64,000 bases of DNA from the human T2T-CHM13v2.0 reference genome, Homo sapiens: assembly GCF_009914755.1 (NCBI RefSeq), contig NC_060938.1. One strand, given 5' to 3'. The position numbers and the translations under genes are program-made. The notes under the pieces were generated by a model. It was given only the letters and a program-made list of their open reading frames with translations, did not search any database and had not been told where the DNA came from. Shown in pieces: positions 26,865-38,631 of the stretch (its first letter is position 1; every line of letters begins with the position of its first letter).

Positions 26865-27237
26865 GCTCCTGGAAACAACGCTGTCTTCGGGGAGGAACGG
26901 TTGGACCCACCACCACTTCTCCATGACACCCGAAGAGATGATTTTCTGTATGGCATGTGTTTTTTTGCATGATGCAAAATGGCATAATCTCGCTCCTCTT
27001 AAATCAAGTTCTGCCTTGGGAAATCGCGCCATCCCTGGGGAGGAGACCTTGATTCTTCCCGGAATCAGTGCCATTCCATGGTGCTCAATGACGTGGTTGA
27101 CTACGCTACGCTTATTCAGTAGACACCGTGACCTGCTTCTTCTCAGCGTCAAATGCAGCCTAGAAGAAGCGCCCTCAGGCAACTTCGTGGACATGAGCCT
27201 TCTTCCAGCCACCACCACCACCATCGTGCGGTACTTG

Positions 27238-27300
27238 AAGAAATGGTTTACCGTCCCACATACATTTTGAATATGTATGTGGGATGGTAAACCGCTTCTT
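27238..27300 (+). ncRNA. MIR299: pre-miR-299
   Basis: 5p TGGTTTACCGTCCCACATACAT; 3p TATGTGGGATGGTAAACCGCTT. Confidence 0.99.
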
Positions 27301-28460
27301 GGTATCCAGCCCAGCCATCCAAACCTCCCTGGAGAAAGCCTGGAGTTAGAGGAGAGCCACGGGTCTCGGCATCCGCCATGCCATGGCACTTGGTGGAATG
27401 GTAGACTCTTAGATGTGTGCTTTCTCTGTCAATGCTTGTGATGCGGTCTTCTCCTCAGTGCCAAACACAGCCTCCAGTGACTTCCTCAGGACAAGGATGA
27501 CCTCCAGGAAGGTGTCCTGCTGCCCACGTTGGCACATCCCTCTGGAGTAATTGAAGAAACGGTGGCTGGTGCCGCAAATGTTCATGAACGAGGGATGTGA
27601 AACAGGTCACCTCTCATCCTCAAAGCCCTCCTCAGATGACTTCAGGACAGTACGCCCATGTAGGAGCAGATATGGGTCCAGGAGATGATGCCACTCCAGG
27701 TACTTGAAGACGCACTGACTCGTTTCTGTCTTTGCTGATGCGTGTACAGTCTATCTTTTTTCCATCTCAAGTCTAGCCATCTCGGGGGAAGATGTCCCAG
27801 CTCTGGACTCAGCACTGATCCTCATGAAGAGCTGCTCGACCCCATCGTGTATGTTTACAGAGGAAGTGCCTCCATGGCCCACTTCTTCCCTATCTCCATC
27901 CCAGAACCCTTGCTTGGAGAACTTGCTGAAGAAGCTGCCAGCCTCAGGGACAGAGCACTGGTTCTGGCCTCTTCACTGACCTCACGGTACCTGAAAAGGG
28001 TTCAGCCACACTGCATGTCTTTTCCCCATGACGTATGTAACATGGTCTACTTCTTTTGAAGTATCCCATTCAGCCTGGAAAGTCTCCAGGGAGGTTATGT
28101 TAAGCTTAGGAGACAAAGCACCAGTTCTGGTACAAGTACTGCCTCGGGGTACTTAGTAGAAGTTGGCCATGCTTCATATGTTTTACTTACAACGCATGTT
28201 ACTTCGTCCACCTTCCTATAACAGCGTGCACCTCGGGGGGCTTTCTGTAGGCAGGAACGAGTGTCAGTCATAGCACTAGTTCCAGCATCATCTCCATTCT
28301 TGAGGGGCTCCTTTGTGCTGCGTCCACTGCATCTGCGGCAGACATTGCATGGTGGCCTCTTCTCAATACTACATCAGGCCTCAGAGGGCTTCCTGGAGGT
28401 GATGCTAGTGAGAGGAAAGAGACACCGGCTCTGACCTCAGCCCTCTCCAAGGTACCTGAA

Positions 28461-28521
28461 AAGATGGTTGACCATAGAACATGCGCTATCTCTGTGTCGT
28501 ATGTAATATGGTCCACATCTT
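28461..28521 (+). ncRNA. MIR380: pre-miR-380
   Basis: 5p TGGTTGACCATAGAACATGCGC; 3p TATGTAATATGGTCCACATCTT. Confidence 0.99.
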
Positions 28522-29007
28522 CTCAATATCAAATTCAGTCATAGAGGGCTTCCCAGAGAGAGGCAAAGTCACCTTCGTGGGAGACACACTGATCTGGCTT
28601 CAGCGCCATTCCACAGTACTTGGAGAGATGGTAGAGCATAAAGCATATGCATTGTTGAATGACAGATGTAGCATGGTCCACTCATTCTCAGTATCAGCCA
28701 GCCCTGGGGCTTCCCGGAGGCCATGCCGACTTGAGAGCCAGGCCTGAGTGGTAGCCAGGGTGCAGTGCAGGTCACCGGGTGGTTGGCTGCAGACCCAGTC
28801 CTTTATTTATTACATTGGCCATTTGGTCCACCAGCCAAGAACTCAGTACCGGTCCCACCCTTACAGGGCATCCTGGAGGTGGTAGTGGCATTGGATGTGG
28901 GTTTGTGGTCATTGCCACATTGCCGGTGGCTGGTAGTTCATGATGCGCATTGTGAGGCTTTCTGGAGGTGATAGCAGGTGAAAGGAAGAGAGCCAGGGGT
29001 CAGCGTC

Positions 29008-29095
29008 ACTTCCTGGTATTTGAAGATGCGGTTGACCATGGTGTGTACGCTTTATTTGTGACGTAGGACACATGGTCTACTTCTTCTCAATATCA
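29008..29095 (+). ncRNA. MIR1197: pre-miR-1197
   Basis: Mature TAGGACACATGGTCTACTTCT. Confidence 0.97.
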
Positions 29096-29175
29096 CATCT
29101 CGCCTTGGAAGACTTCCAGGAGGTGATATCAGCTTTGCGGAAGAGCCACTGTCCTGGTGTCAGTACGGCTGCTGC

Positions 29176-29261
29176 TTGGTACTTGGAGAGAGGTGGTCCG
29201 TGGCGCGTTCGCTTTATTTATGGCGCACATTACACGGTCGACCTCTTTGCAGTATCTAATC
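29176..29261 (+). ncRNA. MIR323A: pre-miR-323a
   Basis: 5p AGGTGGTCCGTGGCGCGTTCGC; 3p CACATTACACGGTCGACCTCT. Confidence 0.99.
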
Positions 29262-29463
29262 CCGCCTTGCAAGCTTTCCTGGAGCTAACATCAACTGCGG
29301 GGGTGGGGGCCACTAGGTCTGCGCTCAGTGCGACCCAGCGGGGTTTGTGATGTGTTTGTCTTGTGTGTGACGATAACTCACGTGTGGCAGCCTTCTTCTC
29401 AGCACACTGCTCTGGCTTGGCAGCAGGGTTAACTTGCGGACAAGGAGCGTGGTGTCAGCACGT

Positions 29464-29551
29464 GCCTGGATACATGAGATGGTTGACCAGAGAGCACACG
29501 CTTTATTTGTGCCGTTTGTGACCTGGTCCACTAACCCTCAGTATCTAATGC
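29464..29551 (+). ncRNA. MIR758: pre-miR-758
   Basis: 3p TTTGTGACCTGGTCCACTAACC. Confidence 0.98.
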
Positions 29552-30228
29552 CCCCTTGGAGAACTTCCTGGAAGAGGTGTCAACTTTTTGGGAAAGAGAC
29601 AGTAAACTGGGGCCAGCTGCACTCTGTTAGACTCTGAAGAGAGCATCTGCGAGGTGTTTGCGACATGTATGCCAAATGTGGCTGAGTTGGACTGATTTTC
29701 ACTCCGATCTCTTTCCTTGGAGGGCTTCCTAGATGTGGAGGCATCCAAGTTCAAGGGAAGGGGCATGCTGTCTATACCATCCCAAAGTCCTCCAGTGATC
29801 AGCTGACCTGAGTGTATGCACTTTAATTTACAACCAAGGTCGCCTGGCCCGTCACACCTCAGTCTCCACTGGGTCCTGAGCAGGACCTTTGGTGGAGTCA
29901 GCCTTGCTTTGGGGCATCTGTGCCTCTCTTGAGTAACTGAGAAAAGATGGCCCTGGAGGTTAACCCTAAACGCGATAGCTGCTGTGACCAGCCTTTTTAT
30001 GGCATCACCACCTCTGGCTGTGATGTCAACTTCCAGACGTGATGTGGGGTCTGCTCCACTGGGGTACTTGGATAGATGGTTGGCAAGCAGCATGCATCCA
30101 ACTCTTGGCTTCTTCCGGCAAATCAACTAACTAACGCTCAGTGTGCAATTCCATATTTAACAGGACTTCCAGCACTGAATGTCAAGTCTGGGGAAGAATC
30201 AGTGGTGTTCTTGTCAGTGTTAATCAGT

Positions 30229-30308
30229 GGTACCTGAAGAGAGGTTTTCTGGGTTTCTGTTTCTTTAATGAGGACGAAACACACCTGGTTAACCTCTTTT
30301 CCAGTATC
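30229..30308 (+). ncRNA. MIR329-1: pre-miR-329-1
   Basis: 3p AACACACCTGGTTAACCTCTTT; loop TTTAATGAG. Confidence 0.98.
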
Positions 30309-30543
30309 AAATCCCATCTTGGAGGCCTTCTGGTCCAGACCTCAGCTTCAGGGAAGGGCGTTACTCTCAGCTCCAGTCCACTGGACAGAAATCTATGGTT
30401 AACCACGAAGCCTGTGCTGTATTATTTTGACTGATGTCATCTGTTCTACTAACCCCAGTGTCCAATCCGTATTTAACAGGACTTCCAGGACTGAATGTCA
30501 AGTTTGGGGAAGGAATCAGTGGTGTTCTTGTCAGTGTTACTTG

Positions 30544-30627
30544 GTGGTACCTGAAGAGAGGTTTTCTGGGTTTCTGTTTCTTTATTGAGGACGAAACACA
30601 CCTGGTTAACCTCTTTTCCAGTATCAA
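30544..30627 (+). ncRNA. MIR329-2: pre-miR-329-2
   Basis: Same mature sequence; loop TTTATTGAG. Confidence 0.98.
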
Positions 30628-33089
30628 ATCCCATCTTGGAGGCCTTCTGGTCCAGACCTCAGCTTCAGGGAAGGGGTGCTGTGGACATAAATAAGGAGAC
30701 ACGAGCAAATGGCTGATCACTAAGCGTGCCCCATGTTTCTGAATTTTGCCACCGATTGCGCTAACCCTCAATGTCTTATCCCTTCTTAGGAGGACTTTTC
30801 AATGTGATGGCAGCCTGGGGGAAGACAGTGTCACCACGACAGTGTCACGGAACATGCAGGTGAGTTGTCTGTGGTTGCCTTCGTTGTGCTCCCAACGGAT
30901 CGTGTGTGTAATTCAGGCTCTTTCGGCATCTGACCCTGCTGTAGGGGGATGCCTCGTCCTTGCCACACTCAGTGATGGGCTTGAATGAGCCCAGCCCACA
31001 GCAGGGGAATGCCAGTTTGATGGGAATCATGCCCTGGACAGATAGTGCAGGTGTCCTGCACGCCTGCCCCTAGCCTGCAGTTTATTCTGAAAGGATGTCC
31101 TGGATATAATGACACCTTAGGGAAGAAAAGCTGATTCTGAGGTCAAGAGGAGACCTTGGGGGCCCTGGAATTGGCCCAGGTTGAGACCTGTTTATTTCTC
31201 ACAGGAATTGTGGAGTTGACTTCCTTTAAATCTGGAGGAATCCTTGATGTCATGCCAGCTTGAAGGGAGGGCATTGTCACCAGCCCTGATCCAGGGGAAG
31301 GGAGTGGATGGCCCACCACGGGGCATGTACCTCCCCAGGAACACACCTGCTCCACTGACCAGCACATCTGACCTACCCTCAGGGTTGTGTTTCTGCAGAT
31401 GGTCCTTCTTTGGGGTGCTCAAGGAGAGGTTTCCTTTGGCATATCTGTTTCTTTTATATAAATCATTTCTGTGGACCACTCTTCAGTATCAAACACCAGT
31501 TTGGAAGGCTTCCGGATAAGACAGTTGTCAGGCCCAGGCCAGGGTGAGTGGGCCGAGATGAGTGCTTCCCCTGTTCTAAGCGTCCTGTCTGGCAGTAATG
31601 CTTGGTGCCCGATCCTTTCCAGGAGGACTTCCTGGAGGTGATGCCAGCCTCTGGGGAAGGAAAAGGCTCCCTGCCAGCTCTAAAGCCAAGGCACAGAAGT
31701 AGGTTTTGCTGGTGCTGCATTTGTTTTGATGGCACTTAGCTGTGACTGTGGGTCCTCGGCTCATCTGTGGCATTTGGGGATGGGACTGTGAGGGAGGAGG
31801 GCCTCAGGTTCTGGAGAAGGGCCAGGTATTTCCATGTCAACCCTGCTTTTTATAACCAGAGAGAACATATGAGGTAGCACCAATGACCTCCGCCACCAAT
31901 CCTTCCTATTAGCTGATACCCAAACACCGTTCCTTCCAGCCGAAAAGAGCCCTCATAAAGAGAGGGCAGAGAGAGTGTGTCAAGGCCATGTGACAGCAGG
32001 CAGTATGCTGTTGCCTCCGGGGTATCCAGGGTAGGCGGCTGCTGGGTCCATGTAGATTGGGTGCTCTGCTGGCTACGGAGGGGTCAAAGGACAGGTGGCA
32101 AGGGTGCAGAGCCGCAGCCTGGCCCTGGGATTTTCTTCTCAGCCCTCTGCTCCGGGGTCCACCTTCGGGGGAAAAGAGGGCACAATTTTACAACTTTGTA
32201 AGAGGAAACCTGAAGTTTTCTGACCCCTGATTCTCCCCAGCCCTGTCAGGATTGATCTAACTCTCTGTTGAGATGCAAAAGAGTCTGGAGATAACAGTAC
32301 TCCCCCCACCATGAAAACAATTATTGTCAAAGGAGTTTTATAGCAAACAGAAAATCCGGCCCAGAATTGGCTAAAACATTTGGGGAGCTCACATCAGGAA
32401 ATGAGATTCGTTTTTATTTCTTGATTCTGCTGAATTGGATTGAAGGCAGCAGAAGGCATTAAGTGGGATTTGACCTGGAGGAAGGTGGCCTGGCGGTGCT
32501 CCTGGCTTCCCCGACCCTCCCTCCCTAGCCGTGTGTAGCAGGCACTCACTTTGCTTACAGCTTCCTCGGTGCCATGTATCTGTTTTTGGAATCACACCTT
32601 GCCTGGAAGGCTGCTTGGACCCATGGCCAGTGCCACACAGGGGCCTGGGCACCGGCTAACTGCAGACCCAGCCACCTGCTTCTTGACCACAGAATTCGAG
32701 ATTTACTCATGAGCTCTCTTGACGCACTGACTTTGGGATGCAAACCATTATGACTAGGGGCACTTCCCGTGGCCTGGACTTCCACAAGGAAACCCTGGTT
32801 CCACCGTCAGGAAAGCTCCAATACCTGGAAAGAGGTTGTACCTAAAGTGTTCTCTGTATTGGCGGAAAATGTTTCCCGGGCAACCTCTTTTCATTGTGAA
32901 GGCTTAAAGAGCTTTTGGCTGACTTCCCAAAAGCAACCTGGGACACGCAAATAGAAGCCATCTGACGTCTGGTCTACCCAGTGCCATGTAGATTCGGGGA
33001 ATCTTCCTGGAGGTGACACCAACATCGGCGAAGATTCGGCAGTTCTGTTTTGATTTTTTTTGTTTGTTTTTTGATCAGTGCTAATCTTC

Positions 33090-33170
33090 GATACTCGAAG
33101 GAGAGGTTGTCCGTGTTGTCTTCTCTTTATTTATGATGAAACATACACGGGAAACCTCTTTTTTAGTATC
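33090..33170 (+). ncRNA. MIR494: pre-miR-494
   Basis: 3p TGAAACATACACGGGAAACCTC. Confidence 0.99.
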
Positions 33171-33507
33171 AAATCCCACCCTGGAGGCACTTCCTGTTCC
33201 TGATGCAGCCTTCAGGGAGGGACGTTGCCGGCTCCACTCTCAGTAGGCGCAAGCGAGGCTGACGGCGTGCCATGCGTCGTGGGGGTGTGGCTCTCAGGCC
33301 CCAGCCATGGAGGGCCCCTAGGAGGGGAAGCTGAGTTTGGAGAAGGGCCTGTGCTTCTGTGGTTGAAGGAGGTTGCTCATTGTGGTGTTTGTCTATTTGT
33401 TGATTCACGGTGGGTGGCGCCTCTTCAGTGTGAGATCTTGCTTGGATGGCCTTCTGGACACGCTAGCAACGTCATTGAAGGGACGATGGTGCCATCTGCT
33501 CTCCAGG

Positions 33508-33585
33508 GTAGCTGAGGGGATGGTAGACCGGTGACGTGCACTTCATTTACGATGTAGGTCACCCGTTTGACTATCCACCAGCGCC
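33508..33585 (+). ncRNA. MIR1193: pre-miR-1193
   Basis: GGGATGGTAGACCGGTGACGTGC with complementary 3' arm TAGGTCACCCGTTTGACTATCC. Confidence 0.95.
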
Positions 33586-34639
33586 CGGTCCATCTGTGGG
33601 ATGACATCTTGGTGCACATGGCAACTTCGGAGAAGATGTGGGAGGACGTGGGGCCCGTGGGACTCTGCAGGATTTTAGGAGGGGTTTCCCTTTGGGGGCC
33701 CCTCCTCCTACCTCGTTAAAATCAATATAAGCAATCATCAGTGAATAATCTCTCTTTTGGTTTCAAATCCTGCCCAGGAGGGCTGATAGTCTGGCCACAG
33801 ACAATGCCAGGATTGCAGAGGCCGGGGCTTCAGTGCCCCATCAGGGAAAGTCCCACCCCACACCACATGCTGACTGCAGGAGGTGTGTGTGTGACCTGGT
33901 ACAGGGGTGTGGTTTATCCTCGGAAGGGTTTGAGGAGTGTTGTGTGTGTGCAGGACAGGGCAGGCGTTGGGACAGCTGTGGTAGTGAGGGCCACTTTATT
34001 CTGTGCTACATGAAGAGAGGCTGTCTGACAAAGCTTGCCATGTGTTTGATGAATGCTACGTGGCCCATCTCTTTTCCATAGGAGGACTTCCTGGACATGA
34101 AGCTAGATTCCGGCAGGGCCACTGGTGTCAGCAGCACTCCTGGTGAGTCGTGGATGGGGGACTGAGGAGCTGGCAGCGTGATTGAGATGAGCCCTTCCTG
34201 TGTTGGGACCACTCAGAATCCAGCCGCTTCGTGGGCAGCGTTCAGTCCATGCTTGGGGAAAGGGCTTTGTTGCCGTTGCTCATCTCTGTCTGTTGTTCAG
34301 CTCTGCTTGCCTTACGAGGCCCCAGATGCCCTGGATGCCCTCAGTGTCAGACTGCGGAAGATGTGTCCCGGCTGTGACACGCGCTTCAGGGGAGGGCTGT
34401 TGGCGTCAGGTCCATGGAGAGGTATGGGAGTGGACATCTTGTCTGAGAGCAGACATTCTATTTCGGGTGTGTGTCTTGGTCCGTTCATCCTCAGTCTCCC
34501 TCCCATACCTAGGATGGCTTGTGGAGAGAAGGCCTGCCCTGAGGGCTGAAGTTGGGACCCACAGCTCTCACCCCGGCCTTGGTATGCTCCCATGGCTACG
34601 GCAGAGGCACAAGAAAGTAATTAGAAACGCAGAAACTCC

Positions 34640-34790
34640 TTAAGGCCAAGGCTGGGAACTGCTATATTTCTACCCACAGATCATTGACCAGAACAATTAC
34701 ACGGCCGAACCCAAGGCAAGGGGCGGGGAGGCCCACTCCACCCGGGAGGGGGTTGTGGTGAGGTGTGAATGCAGGAACCGGTGAGGATTT
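34640..34790 (-). mobile_element. MLT1-type (MaLR) LTR fragment
   Basis: CATTGACCAGAACAATTACACGGCCGAACCCAAGGCAAGGGGCGGGGAGG..ACTCCACC resembles the MLT1 antisense signature. Confidence 0.5.
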
Positions 34791-35442
34791 GCCACCACCA
34801 AGTCAGTTGTCCACGTGGACCACCTGAGAACTTGGGTTTTATTCATTGCTCATTCATCCCTCCCTAACCCGCAGCTTCCGGTCTGCCCCGGGGGCTCTTC
34901 TCCGGCTCAGGCTGATCGACAGTGGTGACGCTGTGCCAGGACCCCTGGTCATTCCATCTGTTTGAGGCAAATGTTAAAAAATCCCTTGCGCTACCCATTC
35001 TATGACGACTCCCTTGGCTCAGAGGCTCCATCAGGGCAGACACTTTGCTGTTTGTCCCTAAAGGGTGGGTGGTAGATCTCATCCATCTTATCTGGGGAGT
35101 TATTGTGACTCTCCTGGTCCCTCCTCATGTATCCTCAGGAGGACTTTTAGGATGCAAAATCACTGTTTCTGTGCCATTGTCATATTCTGTGCTACTGGAG
35201 GAGACTTTTTGTTATTGAGAAATTGAACACATCGTGCTCACAAGCAGCTCCAGGACACAATGCCACCTGTGCAGAGGGGGCAGACCTGTTAGATGTCTCC
35301 CAGGTCTTGAGGGGGTTGTATGCACGGCCATATCTTTGTCACCGGTTGCCCGGTGCGCATCAGGACCCATGTGCTCTCAGGAAGCCCGCAGGAGTGATAC
35401 CAGCCGCGGAGAAGCAGTGTTGTCAACGGTGCTGACGTGCGG

Positions 35443-35520
35443 TACTTAATGAGAAGTTGCCCGTGTTTTTTTCGCTTTATTTGTGACGAAACATTCGCGG
35501 TGCACTTCTTTTTCAGTATC
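35443..35520 (+). ncRNA. MIR543: pre-miR-543
   Basis: Mature AAACATTCGCGGTGCACTTCTT. Confidence 0.99.
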
Positions 35521-35580
35521 CTATTCTGCCTTGAAGACGTCTTGGTTTGGGTGCAACTTCAGGGAAGGCACATGGGCCCC

Positions 35581-36205
35581 TGTAGTGGACGCTGATCAGG
35601 ATCTCCCTACCCCATGTCTTTTCTCCTTCCTAAATTTCTCCTTGTTTTTTTTTTTTTTTTTTTATGAAAGCTCCCGTCTTCCCGCCGTGTGCTTTGATTG
35701 CATTGACCCTGCCCCACTTCCTCCACCAGCCCAGGCTTAAGCGAATCTCTTGATCTCTTCTCCTTTGCCACTGCAATTGCTTCCGGAATAGGCCCATGAC
35801 CCCACTGGGCCAGTGATAGGCAAGGAGATGCTTGCTGCAGCTTCTGGGAAAGAAACTGTTTCTCCCTTTCCTGTGATAGCTGCCAGAATAGACACTGTCT
35901 ATTCCATTCAGCTGGGAATAGACAGTGAACTTTGACGTGAGCTTCGAAGGTCCCACAGCCGTTTAAGGACTGAGAGGAGAGGGCTTGGTGCCACGCAGAC
36001 ACAGCAGAGGGAGTCTGTACCATGAAAGGCATCTTGGAGACCTAGAGAAGAGCCTGGATGATATCATTTGAGTCCCTAGATCAAACCCTGCCTGAAGCTT
36101 GCTCTGTCTCTGTACTTTTTAGTTATATACGTCTATAAATCCCTTACTTGTTTAAGCCAGTTGGAGTTAGATCTTATCTTACTTGCAATACAAACAGATG
36201 ATACC
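35581..36205 (+). mobile_element. Old ERVL/MaLR solo LTR (LTR16/MLT1-like)
   Basis: Starts TGTAGTGGACGCTG; 3' part GATGATATCATTTGAGTCCCTAGATCAAACCCTGCCTGAAGC...TTTAAGCCAGTTGGAGTTAG...ACTTGCAA; subfamily uncertain. Confidence 0.55.
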
Positions 36206-37205
36206 ACAGTGTGTTTTCCAGTGTGACTGGGAAAGCCTGCATTTTTTTCAATGATGTGTTTCTCACGGTTTGCCTATCTATCTTCAGTGTCCTATTTAAG
36301 GCAGGGTTTTGGTGGAAGGTGACTTTTCTTATGGACTTATGCTTTCAAAGCTTTGTCTTAGTGATTTAATTTATGGTTGACAAATGATGCACAATTACCG
36401 TGTTTTGTGTCCAGCAATGGGTCACTGGGTCCTCTCTGGAAGGCCTGATGGATGGTGGGCCCCAGAACTTCTGCCCCGATTCACTCTCCCTCGAATCCAC
36501 CTCTCTCTGGGAGGCTGCCCTGCAAGTGATGTGGACTTGGGGAAGCCGTTGTCCTTTCCTGGCCCCTGCTGTCCTTTGGCTCTCTGTGGGTTGGCTGTAT
36601 TTGTCACAACTCACACTGAACTGTCAGTGTTTTAGAACCAAGCCATGCCTCCAGGGAACCCGGAGCACTTTAGAGAGGAGGTGCAGTGGTCAGCACCATG
36701 CAAGGTGCACAGAGAGATGGGTCCACCGAGAGCCGGGGCTGCCTTGGTGGTTTGTTTCTCCTGATTCGATATCTTTGTCTTCCCATCTCCTTCCTGGAAC
36801 CATGGGCTCATGGAGGAGATTCTATTTTTGGGTCCAGGACCATCCCATTTTCTCTGAAGTGATGCTCTCCATGAGCATTTGCAGGGTTGATAGTAAACAT
36901 TCCGAAAGCCGTCTGCCCTGATTATTGAATTCTGCCCATGAAGACTTCCTGGGATCCCGAAGTAGAGGGAGTCTGGGATCGGTTTGCTTTATCCGTGATG
37001 ACTGTCCGCCTCTGCTCAGTGTCAGCCCAGCCCTTCGAAGCATGTCCCCCGCCTCCCCTGGGTTGAGCCAACTTACCTGATGCTTTTAGGCTTAATTGAG
37101 CATAAGTTTGATTGGCAGCGTCTGCCCGGCCCTGCCCTCACGCCCTGACCCTCAGTGTCCCTTCACGCCCAGGTGTGCCTCTGGCAGGGAGGACGTGCTC
37201 ATCTC

Positions 37206-37287
37206 TGGTACCTGAAAAGAAGTTGCCCATGTTATTTTCGCTTTATATGTGACGAAACAAACATGGTGCACTTCTTTTTCGGTATCA
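37206..37287 (+). ncRNA. MIR495: pre-miR-495
   Basis: 3p AAACAAACATGGTGCACTTCTT. Confidence 0.99.
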
Positions 37288-37770
37288 AATATCTCCTTGA
37301 AGTGCCTCCATCCCCGACGGGACCCTGAGCATGGGACCTGGTGTCACTACCTCTCTTGGTATGTACATGGAGGATTTGTCCTGGCAGCCCCTCGGTGACT
37401 TTGTGTGTTGGTGGGCTCAGGGACCATGCTCAGTCCTCAGTCCTCAGTCCACGCCCACCTCTCGGACAGGCACAGTTGGCGAGGCCTCAACCACATGCCA
37501 GTTCCCCGCTGCCAGGGAGGCTGGGGAGATGCACTTCCAGGCTCCATTGAGAAGCGTTCCCCAACATTTGAGAAGAGTTCAGATCATAGCAGCCAAGAAA
37601 AAAATAAAAAAGGAAGCAGCTGCCACAACAACAAAAACAAATAAGCAATGAAGACCCCTGCCCCCATCCGCTCTCTCCAGAGGCTTGAGGGGATGGCTGA
37701 AGGGGACATGAGGACATGCCATCTGGGGGACTGCCACCCGCACCTCCACAGAAGAATTGATTGGGGGTAG

Positions 37771-38184
<414 letters not shown>

Positions 38185-38585
38185 CCCGCCCCACTCTTTC
38201 TAGGTGCCAGTTCTGCCTCTGAGAGATGTGCTCCTTGATCACCAGCATCAGAGAGATGGTGTCTGACATTGGTGTCTGCCCCAAATCGGGAGCAGTGAAC
38301 AATGGCTGACGGCAGAACACATGCCTTCCCGAAGACACTGCTGTCCGGGTGTCCAGTCCCCACATTCAGTCCATCCTTGGGCCCTGGAAGAGAAGAGGCT
38401 TCCCCAGTGTGTTCATTTTATTTGTGACGAATCATTTTTGGCCACTCTTTTTTCAGTATCAAATCCCACTTGAAGGGAAAGGCTGTTTGAGCTGGGAGCT
38501 TTGGTGGCATCAGCAGCTCTCTGGGGTGAGTGATGGGTGTTGCCCAGAGAGCATACGCGTCATCCCCACGGCCACCTGGTCCTCT

Positions 38586-38631
38586 GAACCTCAGCATCCC
38601 TGTCCCCCGAACCTCAGCATCCCTGTCCCCC
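38586..38631. repeat. 23-bp perfect tandem duplication
   Basis: GAACCTCAGCATCCCTGTCCCCC x2. Confidence 0.9.

Noticed and set aside
27244-27293. Antisense miRNA from the near-perfect MIR299 palindrome
   Set aside because: The structure is possible on the minus strand, but there is no evidence here of antisense transcription
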